From assembly GCA_016283295.1 (NCBI GenBank), contig JAEEMQ010000009.1, positions 32,713 through 96,712 of the forward strand: a DNA stretch of 64,000 nt, written 5' to 3'. The DNA comes from Alphaproteobacteria bacterium. Its GTDB lineage: Bacteria; Pseudomonadota; Alphaproteobacteria; RF32; CAG-239. Under the pieces are notes generated by a model. It had not been told where the DNA came from and ran no database searches. It saw only the letters and a program-made list of their open reading frames with translations. This document shows, piece by piece, positions 9,701-18,400 of the stretch. Numbering within the stretch: the first letter of the stretch is position 1; every line of letters begins with the position of its first letter. The position numbers and the translations under genes were made by a program.

Positions 9701-11407
9701 ACCGTCGTCGCCGGTGCTGTATTCAACCCCGTGTTCCTGATGTTTGTAGGTTTCGACATTGCCGGAGGCATTGGTCTTTTTATGGGTCGCGGTTACGCCG
9801 AATCGGCCGCCTTTGACTTTTTTGCCCGGCTCGGCATCTTCATAATCATAATCATCGGCGTCGGCGTAATCGTTATCGCCGCCTTGGTTAACGATTTGCC
9901 AGGTGGCGCCGAGGCTGCGTTCGTCGGTACCGTCTTGGTTGGTTACGGAGCGGGCGGCGCTGAAGCTGTTGCCGTTTACTTTGGCAGAATAGGTGCGGCC
10001 GCTGGCGGTAACCTGATTATCGATTACGGCTCGTGAAGTGTTGTTGTAAAGAGCTTGTACGCCTTCCTGATTTACGCCTAAGTTCATGGCAAAATCGTGT
10101 TCGTCGGAATTGCCGAGCTGATCGACCACTTTGCGGCCGTTGCCGTATTTGAAAGCCATCTGGTTGCTGCTGACGGTGGCGCCGAAGGTGCGGTGTACTT
10201 CGCTGGAACTGCCGTCAACGTAAGCGTGAGAAGCCGAACCGCCGACTTCCGCTCCGACGGCGCTCATGCCGACGGTGGCGCCGGCGTGCACGGTGTGAGC
10301 ATGAACGTTGCCCATTTCGTCGGTGGCGGTTTTTTCTGTATCTACCTTTGCGGTTAAACTTCCGTCGGTGTTGAGAGATACACCGGCTTGCACTTTTTTG
10401 GCCTGAACATTGTTGAAAGCATCGACCTGGGTTTGCTCATAGCCGCCGTTGACGTCAATACCGGAAAGATTGGCCTGTAAGCCGACGTTGTAGCCGGTGG
10501 TGTTGGTGCTGCCGTCATAAGCATAATCGGTTTGCTGACCGGCGGTGGTAACGTTTAATCCGGAGGTGCCGACCGATGCGGCGGTTTGTGTCGCGGCCGA
10601 GTTGGTCAAATCGCCGTCGGCGTTATAAGTACCGGAAACACCGTTGCGGTTATATGCGGCTTCAACTCCGGAAATACCGGCAGTTAAACCGGTCGACGAA
10701 GTAACGTTTTGAACGTAAGCTTCGCCTTCCTGATTGCGTTGCAGATTGAGAGTTTGGGCATTATTTGCGTACGAAACGCCGGTAAAACTCAAATCGGCGG
10801 TTGTGGTCGATTGCGTTTGGCGCCCTTTTAATCTGCCGTCCTCGGAAGCGGATAAGCGAACCTTGTTTTTGGCGGTGGTATGTGTACCGACAGCTTTGGC
10901 TTTTCCCTTGTATTTTACTTTGGTCTTTTTCTTGCCTTCCTCATAAGAGAGGGTGTTATCGAGCTTTTTGGCATCATCGCGGTCGCGGTTGCGGGCCGTA
11001 AATTCGGTCAATCGCCAATCTTTGTCGCCTTCTTGCGTTCCTCTCTGATAAGTTGCGCGTACCCGGTCTTTTTCGTTATCACCCAACCCCTGCCAACTGA
11101 CAACCAGGCGGTTGCCGCTCTCGTTTTCAAGCTGACTGGCGATGGTTTCCCGCAGTACCTGCTGTTGTTCGGGAGTGTAGTTATCGCGGATAAAGCTTTC
11201 AAACATTTGCGGGGCGGAAGCGGTTATGTCATCTCTGGTGGTGTTTACGTCGTAGGAATTGTCCAGGATGGTCATATTACTGTCGCGTGAAGGTGCCGGT
11301 GCGGCTTGAACGGTGTTTGTGCCAAGCGTATTGCTCAGGGTAGTCGTATTGCTATCCTGTGCTTCTGCCTGTGCAACATCGGTCGCGATTTCGTCTTCCT
11401 CGCTCAT
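6701..11407 (-). CDS. giant acidic repeat protein (1568 aa), no signal peptide
   Basis: AAGAGGTG RBS 5 nt before ATG; N-terminus MSEEDEIATD with no hydrophobic segment; four ~61-aa tandem repeats (HDYSYGAALNLGDNGGTVKVDAATVNTGTG..DFSFTASGNVDGENNAFSVGKKNL..); poly-Asp/Tyr tract YDYDYDDDDDYDDDDDD; C-terminal ~36-aa tandem repeats. Confidence 0.8.
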   Translation of the reverse strand: MSEEDEIATDVAQAEAQDSNTTTLSNTLGTNTVQAAPAPSRDSNMTILDNSYDVNTTRDDITASAPQMFESFIRDNYTPEQQQVLRETIASQLENESGNRLVVSWQGLGDNEKDRVRATYQRGTQEGDKDWRLTEFTARNRDRDDAKKLDNTLSYEEGKKKTKVKYKGKAKAVGTHTTAKNKVRLSASEDGRLKGRQTQSTTTADLSFTGVSYANNAQTLNLQRNQEGEAYVQNVTSSTGLTAGISGVEAAYNRNGVSGTYNADGDLTNSAATQTAASVGTSGLNVTTAGQQTDYAYDGSTNTTGYNVGLQANLSGIDVNGGYEQTQVDAFNNVQAKKVQAGVSLNTDGSLTAKVDTEKTATDEMGNVHAHTVHAGATVGMSAVGAEVGGSASHAYVDGSSSEVHRTFGATVSSNQMAFKYGNGRKVVDQLGNSDEHDFAMNLGVNQEGVQALYNNTSRAVIDNQVTASGRTYSAKVNGNSFSAARSVTNQDGTDERSLGATWQIVNQGGDNDYADADDYDYEDAEPGKKVKGGRFGVTATHKKTNASGNVETYKHQEHGVEYSTGDDGIALGLKSQSVNGDNSTTYGLGLQMQTASTRVGGENTDDEDYSYSSSYSGDNYDYDYDDDDDYDDDDDDTDTGGNSVQADEDSYDDAAVASESVAGTRGISGDDDEYEAGDDDDEYTVSGGDNDLSSGGDDDDYDIGGDDDYTYSGGSYDYGSGSTSSGNDDADAPKGHRVSSGKFGLSTTFEKTTAGKVTKRNNRSYGVEYNVGNGSASASAAATVARADHTTSRSFSVSGDNTVEKKGLGVASTYQQTNEEGGIVKQNDRSYDIGYTNTDEEGLTLGATAITNNGNVRTTRRVQVSGDLDNEASHIGAEQQFIQTDAAGNVIRQNDHTYGAALNLGENGGDFTAGSSTANSETGNTTRSFTASGNIDGQNNSVGIQKKNLKTNTDGESEQHDYSYGAALNLGDNGGTVKVDAATVNTGTGTTDFSFTASGNVDGENNAFSVGKKNLRTNADGEEDQHNYSYGAALDLGDNGGTVKVDAATVNTGTGATDFSFTASGNVDGENNAFSVGKKSLKTNTEGEEDQHDYSYGAALNIGENGGAVNAQSNVTTSEGSRDRRFNVSGTLDGEDSEFALNSSAQTTNSDGEVTHNNNTTVTTDYNGAEGASFAYARTNDASSRTVDIGYTNEEDNRQVLYKTGNVVDGARQGGNTVDIALNGQVGNVTLQHDAGNIGRGIDLQVHLEEGDANTSFTTNRSRVDAEGNVVRKASSTAIKKEGQTYTAAYSATNGDHTAGGSANLSLEDDLPQGGMAVTNTTQGQTEETMHYEISQAYQYAVSRASDMSGVDLRGIADPYINPQAADKGDEEGEGTGDDVTADPTDVVAEEEQVATGTETSATIDDAGNEDIKATMTTDAERAGQIMDAMDADGNAQDNQQQAGKEDIKAQMTTDAQRAGQIMDGMDADGNAQDNQQQAGKDDLKSKMASDAGRAGQTTDVSTPQQAGKDDLKSKMASDAGRAGQTTDAGTQQQSPAPSKEAAQNTGGDAAQQQAQVAMAQKKANTR
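6818..7125. repeat. tandem DNA repeats (~87-bp and ~108-bp periods) in the 3' end of the giant acidic gene
   Basis: Near-identical copies of ...ggcatcggaagccattttggatttcaaatcgtctttgccggcctgttgc... and ...ttatcttgcgcgttgccgtcggcatccata... encode the QQQAGK(E/D)D(I/L)K repeats. Confidence 0.7.
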
Positions 11408-11508
11408 AATACACCTCTTACTAGCTTGATGTTAGCATATTTTTATAATTTTGGCAAGAATGTTTATGTTACAGATTTGTTAAATTTTCGGCAATTGACG
11501 AAAAAAAC

Positions 11509-11537
11509 TTGATTAATGGTAAAAAATGTGTTAATAT
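11509..11537 (+). promoter_or_regulatory. sigma70-like promoter (TTGATT-N17-TAATAT)
   Basis: Upstream of 11573 ORF; AAGGAG RBS follows. Confidence 0.4.
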
Positions 11538-11572
11538 GCAAAGCAGACGGCCATAGATAAGGAGTATACAAT

Positions 11573-12184
11573 ATGGGAGTTGCAATAAAGAACAAAACGG
11601 TGGAAACCCTGGAAAGCGGGACGGTAATCGGTCGTACCGCCGGTAGGGTGGCGTATGCCCGAACCACGGACGGAACCATGGTGAATTATGAAGATTCTCA
11701 GATAACTTCAATGGTTACGAAAGATGCTACGTACGCCAAATACGAAGAAGGAAAAATCGAGCATATTGAACGCGATGACGGAACGTATGTACAATATGTT
11801 GACGGCAAGATAGATTATTTCCGCGATGCACAGGGTAACGAGGTACATTATAAAGACGGCAGAATTTCCTCGGTTATCGATGCCGACGGTAATGTCGTCA
11901 GCTACGACGATAAAGGTAATGTTACGACCATTACGGACCAGAGTATGCGCCGCGCCAAGTTCGGTAAAGACGGCAATATCGATATATCCGAACCTGTTTT
12001 TGATGACAAAGACAACCTCAAGAAAATCATGAAGGGCAATGCGATGAGTGCGCAACGGGCACAGGAAGTTGCCAAGGCCAGAATGTTGGGGATTGCCACC
12101 AATGCCGATTGGCTGAAACGCTCGATGGATAAGAGGGTGCAAAATCTGAACCTGATGATGAATATGGCCGACAGAGGGCGTTAA
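11573..12184 (+). CDS. hypothetical protein with DG-x-(V/I)-x-Y repeats
   Basis: AAGGAG RBS; ~12-aa periodic motif (DGTYVQYVDGKIDYF / DAQGNEVHYKDGRISSV / DADGNVVSYDDKGNV), MORN/YwqK-like periodicity. Confidence 0.55.
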   Translation: MGVAIKNKTVETLESGTVIGRTAGRVAYARTTDGTMVNYEDSQITSMVTKDATYAKYEEGKIEHIERDDGTYVQYVDGKIDYFRDAQGNEVHYKDGRISSVIDADGNVVSYDDKGNVTTITDQSMRRAKFGKDGNIDISEPVFDDKDNLKKIMKGNAMSAQRAQEVAKARMLGIATNADWLKRSMDKRVQNLNLMMNMADRGR

Positions 12185-12335
12185 GTTATTTGCAGGATGC
12201 GATTAAAGCGGCGTCGATTTTTATGCGGCGCCGTTTGTTTTTGTGCATTTTTTAAAGATAAAATCAAACTGCCGCGATTAATTGTTTACTTTTGCAAAAT
12301 TTTTCCTATAATGGGTGCGAGTGTGAAAGAAAACG

Positions 12336-14093
12336 ATGATTAAAAAACTTTTTGCTAAATTTACGAATACCAATTTTATCCGCGACTATCGGCAAATGTG
12401 GCCGTATGTCCGTCCGTATTGGGGATGGGCTCTGGCCGCGGTGCTGATTACGATTCCGGTGGGTGCACTCGATGCGGTGATTGCCTGGGCGCTCAAGCCG
12501 TATATGGACGTGATGATGATTGAAAAGAATACCAACACGTTGTGGATTCCGATGATAATCATCGGGTTCAGCGCTTTGCAGGGGATTTTGACTTTTACCG
12601 CCCTCTATCTGAATACGTGGGTGGGACAGCGAATTGCCAGCGACGTCAAAATCAGTTTGTTCGGCAAGTTGCTGCGTTTTGATGCCGGCTATTTTGACAC
12701 CAACACTTCCGGTACCGTGGTTATGCGCTTTAATAATGACGTGGATGCGGCCTGCAGCGGTTTGCTCGCCAATTTGAAGCAGTTTTGTACGCGTTTTTTC
12801 TCATCGATTTCTTTGATTATCGTGTTGTTTTATAATTCGTGGCAACTGGCGCTGATAGCGGTGGTGGTGCTGTTTTGTGCGTTATTTCCGCTGACAAAAG
12901 TGCGCAAACGGATTAAGGATATTAATCAGAAAACGGTTGATACAAGTGCCGAAGTGGTGACGCATTATAACGAGGCTTTCGGCGGTAATCGGGTGATTTG
13001 CTCGTATAATTTATACAACTACGAAAATACGCGATTTGATGATGCGTTGCGTCGGGTGTTTAAGCTCAATATGAAAATGATTCAGCGCACCGGTATGCTT
13101 TCGCCGCTGATGCACTTTGTTGTCTCGCTCGGTATTGCCGCGGTGATTTGGGTGGGCAGTTATTTGATTTTGTCGCACCAAATTACGGCCGGTAATTTTG
13201 TATCGTTTATTGCGGCGCTGATTTTGCTGTATAACCCGATTAAGGGTATCGGCAACAGCTTCAACAACGTACAGATTGCGCTGATGGCGATGGAGCGCGT
13301 GTTTGACCTGATGCATGCGGAAGCGGTGGTGCATGATGCCGCCGATGCGACGGAGCTGACGGAGGTCAAGCAAATAGAATATAAAAACGTTTGTTTTGAA
13401 TATGTTAAGGGTAAAAAGGTGCTGCAAAACATTAACTTGCAAATAAAACACGGCGAAACGGTGGCGCTGGTGGGCAATTCCGGCGGCGGAAAGTCGACTT
13501 TTGCCAGTTTGTTGCCGCGTTTTTATGATGTTACCTCGGGCAGTATTATGATTAACGGTCGCGATATTCGCTCGTATACGCTGGAATCGCTGCGTGACAG
13601 TATTTCCGTGGTGTTTCAGGATAATTTTTTGTTTTCCGGCACCATTCGGCATAACATAATGCTGGGCAAGGAGAATGCCAGCGAAGAAGAACTGCAAAAG
13701 GCCGTGGAAATGGCGTATTTGAACGACTTTGTGCCGAAATTGGCCAAAGGGTTGGATACGGATATCGGCGAGCGCGGGGTGTTGCTTTCGGGCGGGCAAA
13801 AACAGCGAATTGCGATTGCGCGGGCGTTTTTGAAAAATGCACCGATTGTGATTTTGGATGAGGCAACCTCGGCACTCGACAACAAGTCGGAAGCGGTGGT
13901 GCAGAAAGCCATAGAAAATTTGATGAAAGATCGGACGGTTATTGTGATTGCTCACCGACTTTCCACGGTGCGTCATGCCGATAAAATCGTGGTTATCAAT
14001 TACGGCAAAATCGTGGAAAGCGGTTCGCACGACGAGCTCTTGAACAATCCGGACAGCATTTACGGCGCGTTGTATAAAGCGCAATTAAAATAG
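12336..14093 (+). CDS. msbA: lipid A export ABC transporter permease/ATPase MsbA
   Basis: 585 aa, six-TM domain plus NBD; Walker A GNSGGGKST, signature LSGGQKQRIAIARAF, Walker B IVILDEATSALD; the N-terminal region aligns well with E. coli MsbA. Confidence 0.85.
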   Translation: MIKKLFAKFTNTNFIRDYRQMWPYVRPYWGWALAAVLITIPVGALDAVIAWALKPYMDVMMIEKNTNTLWIPMIIIGFSALQGILTFTALYLNTWVGQRIASDVKISLFGKLLRFDAGYFDTNTSGTVVMRFNNDVDAACSGLLANLKQFCTRFFSSISLIIVLFYNSWQLALIAVVVLFCALFPLTKVRKRIKDINQKTVDTSAEVVTHYNEAFGGNRVICSYNLYNYENTRFDDALRRVFKLNMKMIQRTGMLSPLMHFVVSLGIAAVIWVGSYLILSHQITAGNFVSFIAALILLYNPIKGIGNSFNNVQIALMAMERVFDLMHAEAVVHDAADATELTEVKQIEYKNVCFEYVKGKKVLQNINLQIKHGETVALVGNSGGGKSTFASLLPRFYDVTSGSIMINGRDIRSYTLESLRDSISVVFQDNFLFSGTIRHNIMLGKENASEEELQKAVEMAYLNDFVPKLAKGLDTDIGERGVLLSGGQKQRIAIARAFLKNAPIVILDEATSALDNKSEAVVQKAIENLMKDRTVIVIAHRLSTVRHADKIVVINYGKIVESGSHDELLNNPDSIYGALYKAQLK

Positions 14094-14144
14094 GACAGTT
14101 TCAAAAATATAATTATGACAAGTATTAATTAAAATCTTATAATT

Positions 14145-15305
14145 ATGAACCTGATAAGTAAGTTGTATCGAATGTGGCAAATCAGATTTGGCACGCTCGA
14201 GGTAGGTGAGCTTGAACATTTGAGCGTAATCTACATGGAGTATCAGAACCCGCTGAAAAGCGATGTTCCGTGGATGAGCTTGTATGCCTGGCGCAAGCTG
14301 ACAAAAGAAGACAGCGAATATTTTATGAAGCTGTATCTGAAGTATCATACGGCGGATGAGGGCTTGTTTAAGTCTGAATGGCTGATGAAACAGGAACTCA
14401 TACGTCATGCGTATCTGCACAGCCTTTGTACGCGCAAAATACCGTATACGAAAGCTGAAGAAAAGTGGATTTTGGAAAGCGGTGAGCCCGGTGCCACGCG
14501 TTGTCTGCTTTTACCGCTTTCGGCCAACAGCGAGTATCAGCTGATTTATAACGGCAGCAAGGAGCAGATTGAGAGCTACATCGTCAGTCATGTTCTGCGT
14601 GAGGCAGGTGAGGCACAGTTGGCGATTTCGGCCTCGGACAAGAGTGATCCGGTTCGCGCCGAGATGTATCGCAAGCTGTTGAAGCGTTACTTTGAGTGTC
14701 AGAGCGGTATTTACGGACACAAGCTGTTTACCGACTTTATGGCACAATGGTCGCTGTTTGCCGACGAAAATAATGACGAGTTCATTATGAAGGTAATCGA
14801 GCAGTGCGACATGGATGATTGCTTTATGGAGCCCGCAATGATTCGCCGGATGGTGAAGATGAATCCGAAGTATCTGACCTGGTATTTGTCGTACAGTTAC
14901 ATTTATGACAGAGACGTGGTTTCCGAGCTGTTGGCAATGGATTTGCCCGAGCATTTGCGCGATATGATTGCCATATCGGAGCAGCGGAGTTCCATCCATG
15001 AAATTGCCGTAAATTCAATGGCGTACATTCCCGATGATTGGAGCCGGGCCGAGCTTGATGCTTATGCGGCTTTTGACCATGAGGACGACGACGAGAAGCG
15101 AATGGCGGACTTGAAGGCCTTTTTGGAGCCGCGATTCAAAGAAGGCACCGTTTCTCCGACTATGTCAGCCTGGGTGGCGGCCAGATGTCCGGAGTTTACC
15201 AAGGACGTTATGGTTAATCTGAGCCGCCTCGAGACGCGGGCGTTAAACCGAGTTATGTTCTTCAACCCGCTTGATTTGCACCATTCCGCTAACGAACTTT
15301 ACTGA
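14145..15305 (+). CDS. hypothetical cytoplasmic protein
   Basis: 386 aa, no TM segment or signal peptide; heavy GAG/AAG/CAG usage unlike neighbouring housekeeping genes. Confidence 0.6.
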   Translation: MNLISKLYRMWQIRFGTLEVGELEHLSVIYMEYQNPLKSDVPWMSLYAWRKLTKEDSEYFMKLYLKYHTADEGLFKSEWLMKQELIRHAYLHSLCTRKIPYTKAEEKWILESGEPGATRCLLLPLSANSEYQLIYNGSKEQIESYIVSHVLREAGEAQLAISASDKSDPVRAEMYRKLLKRYFECQSGIYGHKLFTDFMAQWSLFADENNDEFIMKVIEQCDMDDCFMEPAMIRRMVKMNPKYLTWYLSYSYIYDRDVVSELLAMDLPEHLRDMIAISEQRSSIHEIAVNSMAYIPDDWSRAELDAYAAFDHEDDDEKRMADLKAFLEPRFKEGTVSPTMSAWVAARCPEFTKDVMVNLSRLETRALNRVMFFNPLDLHHSANELY

Positions 15306-15309
15306 GAAA

Positions 15310-15341
15310 AACGTCTCCCCTGAAAAGGAGACGTTTTTTTG
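15310..15341 (+). terminator. rho-independent terminator
   Basis: aacgtctcc-cctgaaaa-ggagacgtt followed by T7. Confidence 0.55.
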
Positions 15342-15374
15342 TGTCACGGCGAGGCGGGGGTTAATAATAACGCT

Positions 15375-15402
15375 TGACTTTTGCCGAAATTGCGAATAAA
15401 AT
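15375..15402 (+). promoter_or_regulatory. sigma70-like promoter for the adhesin gene (TTGACT-N16/17-TAAAAT)
   Basis: TTGACT at 15375-15380, TAAAAT at 15397-15402; strong GGAAGGAG RBS before ATG 15462. Confidence 0.45.
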
Positions 15403-15461
15403 GCGGTAAATAATATATTTTAAATAATATTGTAGCGTGATTATTAGGAAGGAGACGTGCT

Positions 15462-18400
15462 ATGAAGTATACCAGAACTGCCATTGGGCTTTTGACAGCG
15501 CAATATCGGAGTGTGCTGAAAAAATGTTGGCTCATAAATGTCGGTTTGTTTGCTTTGGGAGCGGCGGCAATAATGCCGAGCGAGGCGCAGGCGGATGCGT
15601 ATAACCGTTACAGCTCGGATATGCGTTCGGCGCAGACCGAAGGTGCCAGCAGTTCACCGGGATGGATAGCAAATTCATCATATATGGCAGACGGTTGGCG
15701 ACTTGCCGGTAACTTGGATAGTATTTCCAGTGATTCGTATTGGGATAGTTACACCACGGGTATTTTTGTTCACGAAAAAAGGGCCGGTAGCACCTCCGGT
15801 AATGCATCGACGTATGATTCAACCGATCCGAGCGCTACAGGTGATAACGACTACTTCGTTATGGGTAACTTTGTAGGCGATGTGTACTACTCTTTGGATT
15901 ATTTGCGCTATCATGCCGGTTTTGCAACGGAAAGCTATGTTAATACCTCTATCAGCACATCCGAAACAAATATGCAGACTTGGGTGAACAACCAAGGCTT
16001 TTTGAAATCGGTAACTCCGGCCAACGATGCAAAAATCACCATCAGTGTTCGCGGTACAGAGGACTCCTTCACTTTGAACCAGAGCACGGCTAAAACGCTT
16101 ACGTTTGACAATGTGGCAACAACGGCGGAATTGGATGATGAAAAAACTACCAGAAGTACGGCTGATACCAATTTACAGACTGCTATCAATAACGAAATAA
16201 CGAATCGTGAAACTGCGGTTTCAAATGAAGCTACGGCACGCGATAATGCCGATAAGAACATTTTGGACGGTACTACCAAATTTACCAAGCTCAATATCAA
16301 CGATAAGACGGTTACGGGTATTGACCAATCAAATCCGTATTACACCACAACCGACGGCAGTAACGATGTTTTGGCGACCACGGCTACGGTCGGCAAGTCT
16401 ATCGCCAATTTGCTGGGGGCAAACAATACCTGGGGCGGTACCACCAATACTTTCACCAACAATGTTGTGGTTAAAGGTAATACCACGCTCGGTGATAATT
16501 CGGCTCAAGATACTTTGACGGTTAATGCCACCTCAACCTTTAACAATAACGTCGGGGTTACCGGTACGGTTACGGCCAGCAGTAACATCACTTCTTCCGG
16601 CGGCAATATTACGGCAACAACCGGTAATATTTCTGCAACAGCCGGCAGTATCTCGGCCGGTAGCAATCTTTCGGCCGGCGGCAACCTTTCGGTTACGGGT
16701 ACGGCCGAGATTGGCAGCACTACCACTGTTAAAGGCGATTTGTACGTCAATAACGGCGCAAATACCATGATGAGTGTTGATCACACTACGGGTAATATTT
16801 CTACCGACGGCTCGTTGAACGTTAAAGGAAACACCACCCTTGGCGATACTCCTTCCAGCGACAGCGTGACGATTAACGGTAAATCGTATTTGAAAAACGA
16901 TTTGGAAGTTCAGACCACTACCGGCACCAAGAAAATGTCGGTTACTTCCTCTTCGGGTGATATTTGGACGGCAGGCAGCATTACGGCCGATACCAATGCC
17001 ACCATCAACGGCGATACCACTCTCGGTAATGCGGCAAGTGATAAGTTGCTGGTTAATGCGGATTCCACCTTTAAGAACAACATCACGGTTAAAAACGGCG
17101 AGGCCAACCGGATAACGATGGCCTATGATACCGGCAATATCTGGACTTACGGCAATTTGCAGGTGGACGGCAATACCATCCTCGGTAATGCCCAAGAATC
17201 GGATACGCTGACGGTTAATGCCAAAACATATATCAACGGCGATGACATCGCTCTCGGTAATGCGTCTTCCGACTTGTTGACGGTTAATGCCAATACGATT
17301 TTCAAAGACTATATTCGCTCCGATAACGGCAAAACCTTTACCATGTATACCGGAACGGGAACGACTCCGCAAATTAAGTTAGACGGCAGTAACGGCGATA
17401 TCGTAGTTTATAATGCCGGCGGTAATGCCCCGGTGGCGGTTATGAATCGTCCGAATGATAAAAACGGACAGATAACGCTTTCCCGTTATAACAGCGGTAC
17501 CAACACAACCACAATGATTAATGCGCAAAGTACCGCTGACGGCAGTGTGTTGTATATGAATAACAACTTCGGTAAATCCGGTATTACGCTGGAAAATAAG
17601 GGCGACACCACTCCGCAAGGCTCTCTTTCGATGTATGCCGGCGGCAGTACCACTACCGACCCGACTCTGATGGCCGAGCTGAAATCAACCACCAGCGGCG
17701 GTACGTTTAAGCTGACCGACGGTACGAATTTGAAAAACGAACAAGACAAGAGCTCGATTACGCTCACCAACAGCAGCAACAATCCGTCCATAAATATTTT
17801 GACCGAAGCCGACGGAACCGGTACGATTATTGTTAAGAATACGGCCGGCACTCCGGTTAATACTCTGAATAAAGACGGTATTACAATCGCTGACGGCAAA
17901 TTGTTGTATATGGGCACAACCGATTATAATCTTGATTCCGATGCGAGCAAGCGTAATACGATACAGTTTAACGGCAGAGTGATGGATACGTTCTCGCTGG
18001 AAGACAATTTGTATGATAACAACAGCCATTACGGCGATGCCAATACGATTGCTTCCACCAAGACGGTGGCCAATGCTTTGGGAACGCTCAGCGGTACCAA
18101 TTATCTGTTTGATACGGAATTCGGTCGCTTCAGCAATACGGTGGCGGAAAACTTAAAGCGAATCGACTCCAAGATTGATACCTGGACCGACCGTTTCAGA
18201 AATATTACTACCAGTAAGGCAGTGGTTGACGGCAGTGACAGTGCCGGCGGACTGAATCCTACTCCGACCATCGGCGATACCTTTGAAGCTATTGATCAGG
18301 CCATCGGTAGAGTGGCCAATGGTAACTATGTCGGTCCGTATAACGGCAATACCAGTACCAATATTGCCGCTAACATCAATAAACTTGACGTACAGTTGGC

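Noticed and set aside
7101-10357. Plus-strand ORFs overlapping the giant acidic gene, including the Arg/His-rich 9163..9405 and 9433..9672 and the 8069..8872 ORF
   Set aside because: They are frame artefacts of the repetitive gac/tac/ggc coding DNA on the opposite strand. They have no independent start signals, and the translations are implausible low-complexity (RHRRRC...).
13011-14084. 357-aa minus-strand ORF antisense to msbA, and 392-aa ORF 37388..38566 antisense to trmFO
   Set aside because: Both overlap strongly conserved genes on the other strand. The translations are Arg/His/Gln-rich with no recognisable features.
12336-14093. Possibility that the ABC transporter is a type I secretion ABC exporter for the giant acidic protein
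   Set aside because: The N-terminal TM region aligns closely with MsbA. There is no adjacent membrane fusion protein or TolC gene, and no C39/CLD domain. MsbA is the better call, though a PrtD-like exporter of similar size cannot be fully excluded without a search.
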